A program made the translations under genes and the position numbers. Below, in pieces: positions 38,162-39,188 of a stretch of 39,188 bases of DNA. Positions within the stretch are counted from its first letter, which is position 1, and every line of letters begins with the position of its first letter. Source of the DNA: Deltaproteobacteria bacterium (lineage in GTDB: Bacteria; JACQOV01); assembly GCA_016202395.1 (NCBI GenBank), contig JACQOV010000100.1, forward strand, positions 1 through 39,188. Direction: 5' to 3'. The notes under the pieces were generated by a model. That model ran no database searches. It saw only the letters and a program-made list of their open reading frames with translations, and was not told where the DNA came from.

Positions 38162-39149
38162 CAGGTGGCTAGCGATCCTTTGTCTTCCGGTTGTCTCCTT
38201 TGCCGAGCCGGTTCATATCAAATCTGGAGTGCTATTTCCGGAAGGTTCCACCTGGATGAATGCGATCCATCGGGTTGAGAAGGAGATTTATCAAAAAACG
38301 GGAGGAGGGGTCACGTTCACGACCTACGGCGGCGGCGTTCAGGGCGATGAACCGGCGATGCTAAAAAAAATCCATCTAGATCAACTCAACGCAGGCATGT
38401 TTACCAGCGTGGCTCTCTCTAAGATTGATCCTGCCGTCATCGCTTTTGAGCTTCCTCTCCTCTATCAAGAAGGGGATTATCAAGAAGTGGATTATCTCTA
38501 TGAAAAGATGTTCCCCGTTTTTCATCAACGGTTTGCGGAGAGGGGCTATGAGCTTATTCTGTTAGCTGGCCAAGGGTTCATCTATCTCTATACGACAAAG
38601 CCGGTCAAAACCTTTGAGGACTTCCAAAGGCTTAAAATGGAGTTGTGGGGCGGTCATGCCTTTAATAAGGATCTGATCGATGCGTTTGGGTTGACTGGGG
38701 TGCCGGTGGCTTTTCCCGAAATTTTAACCAGTTTGCAGACCGGACTTCTAGAGGTTGTTTTTGCTCCCCCCTTGGCGATGGTCTCTTTGCAGTGGAATAC
38801 GGAAGTGAAATATGCTATGGATATGCCTGTGATTCATGGGGTGGCCGGAATTGTTGTGAACAAGAAAACGTGGGATCGGATTCCAAAGGTCGATCAAGAG
38901 GTCTTTCGGAAGGCTTTTCAGAGGAGTATTCCCCCGCTCCAGGAAACGGCTCGGCGGGATGATAAGGTTGTGTGGGAGGCTCTTCCGGGGCAGGGGATCC
39001 AGATCCTTTCCATCGATGAATCGGTCAGAACTCAATTTGAGGAGAAATCTAAAAAGATGTGGAAAGATTTGGTGGGGAAGTACTATCCACAGTCGATTTT
39101 AGATCAAATGCTCGGCTATTTGAAAGAGTACCGAGCCAAGGTTCAGTAA
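38148..39149 (+). CDS. dctP: TRAP substrate-binding protein DctP/TatP, paralogue 5
   Basis: PEGSTW, GGVQGDEPAMLKKIHLDQL, EILTSLQTGLLE, LQWNT. Confidence 0.87.
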   Translation: MRRISRWLAILCLPVVSFAEPVHIKSGVLFPEGSTWMNAIHRVEKEIYQKTGGGVTFTTYGGGVQGDEPAMLKKIHLDQLNAGMFTSVALSKIDPAVIAFELPLLYQEGDYQEVDYLYEKMFPVFHQRFAERGYELILLAGQGFIYLYTTKPVKTFEDFQRLKMELWGGHAFNKDLIDAFGLTGVPVAFPEILTSLQTGLLEVVFAPPLAMVSLQWNTEVKYAMDMPVIHGVAGIVVNKKTWDRIPKVDQEVFRKAFQRSIPPLQETARRDDKVVWEALPGQGIQILSIDESVRTQFEEKSKKMWKDLVGKYYPQSILDQMLGYLKEYRAKVQ

Positions 39150-39188
39150 ATCAAGGCTCAACAAATGATTATAAAAATAATCAACAAA

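Noticed and set aside
33830-39149. Repeated DNA blocks as a CRISPR array or diversity-generating template
   Set aside because: They are conserved coding motifs of paralogous genes with mostly synonymous differences; no spacers, cas or reverse transcriptase genes
39165-39188. ORF start MIIKIINK, possibly dctQ
   Set aside because: Only 8 codons in the window; identity cannot be supported
1-39188. tRNA, rRNA, transposase, integrase or defence genes
   Set aside because: No recognisable examples seen in the window

Overview
Bacterial chromosome segment; the sigma54 promoters, Fur-box type and gene families suggest a deltaproteobacteria-like diderm (inference). 1-15.2 kb: tuf end plus the S10-spc-alpha ribosomal superoperon, which lacks rpmD (L30) at its usual position and carries two long palindromic insertions in intergenic spacers. 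15.2-22.4 kb: a TlpA-like thioredoxin, then a likely Fur-regulated flavinylation-linked iron uptake operon (Fur, ApbE, porin, FMN-binding protein, small His-bearing membrane protein, cytochrome c-FTR1 fusion). 22.4-32.7 kb: histone-H1-like/EF-Tu-domain-II-like protein, MacB-type ABC pair, USP, SDR, two acyltransferases, extended SDR, SRPBCC and CutA, plus a MITE with 39-bp perfect TIRs and a candidate sigma54-dependent ~70-nt small RNA. 32.9-39.2 kb: a sigma54-preceded TPAT-type TRAP locus with one TatT lipoprotein and five tandem DctP/TatP paralogues. The most notable items are the candidate sigma54 sRNA, the five-receptor TPAT array, the ApbE/FMN/FTR1 iron module, and a family of hairpin elements with conserved internal loops; a separate hairpin is inserted in frame into a signal peptide.
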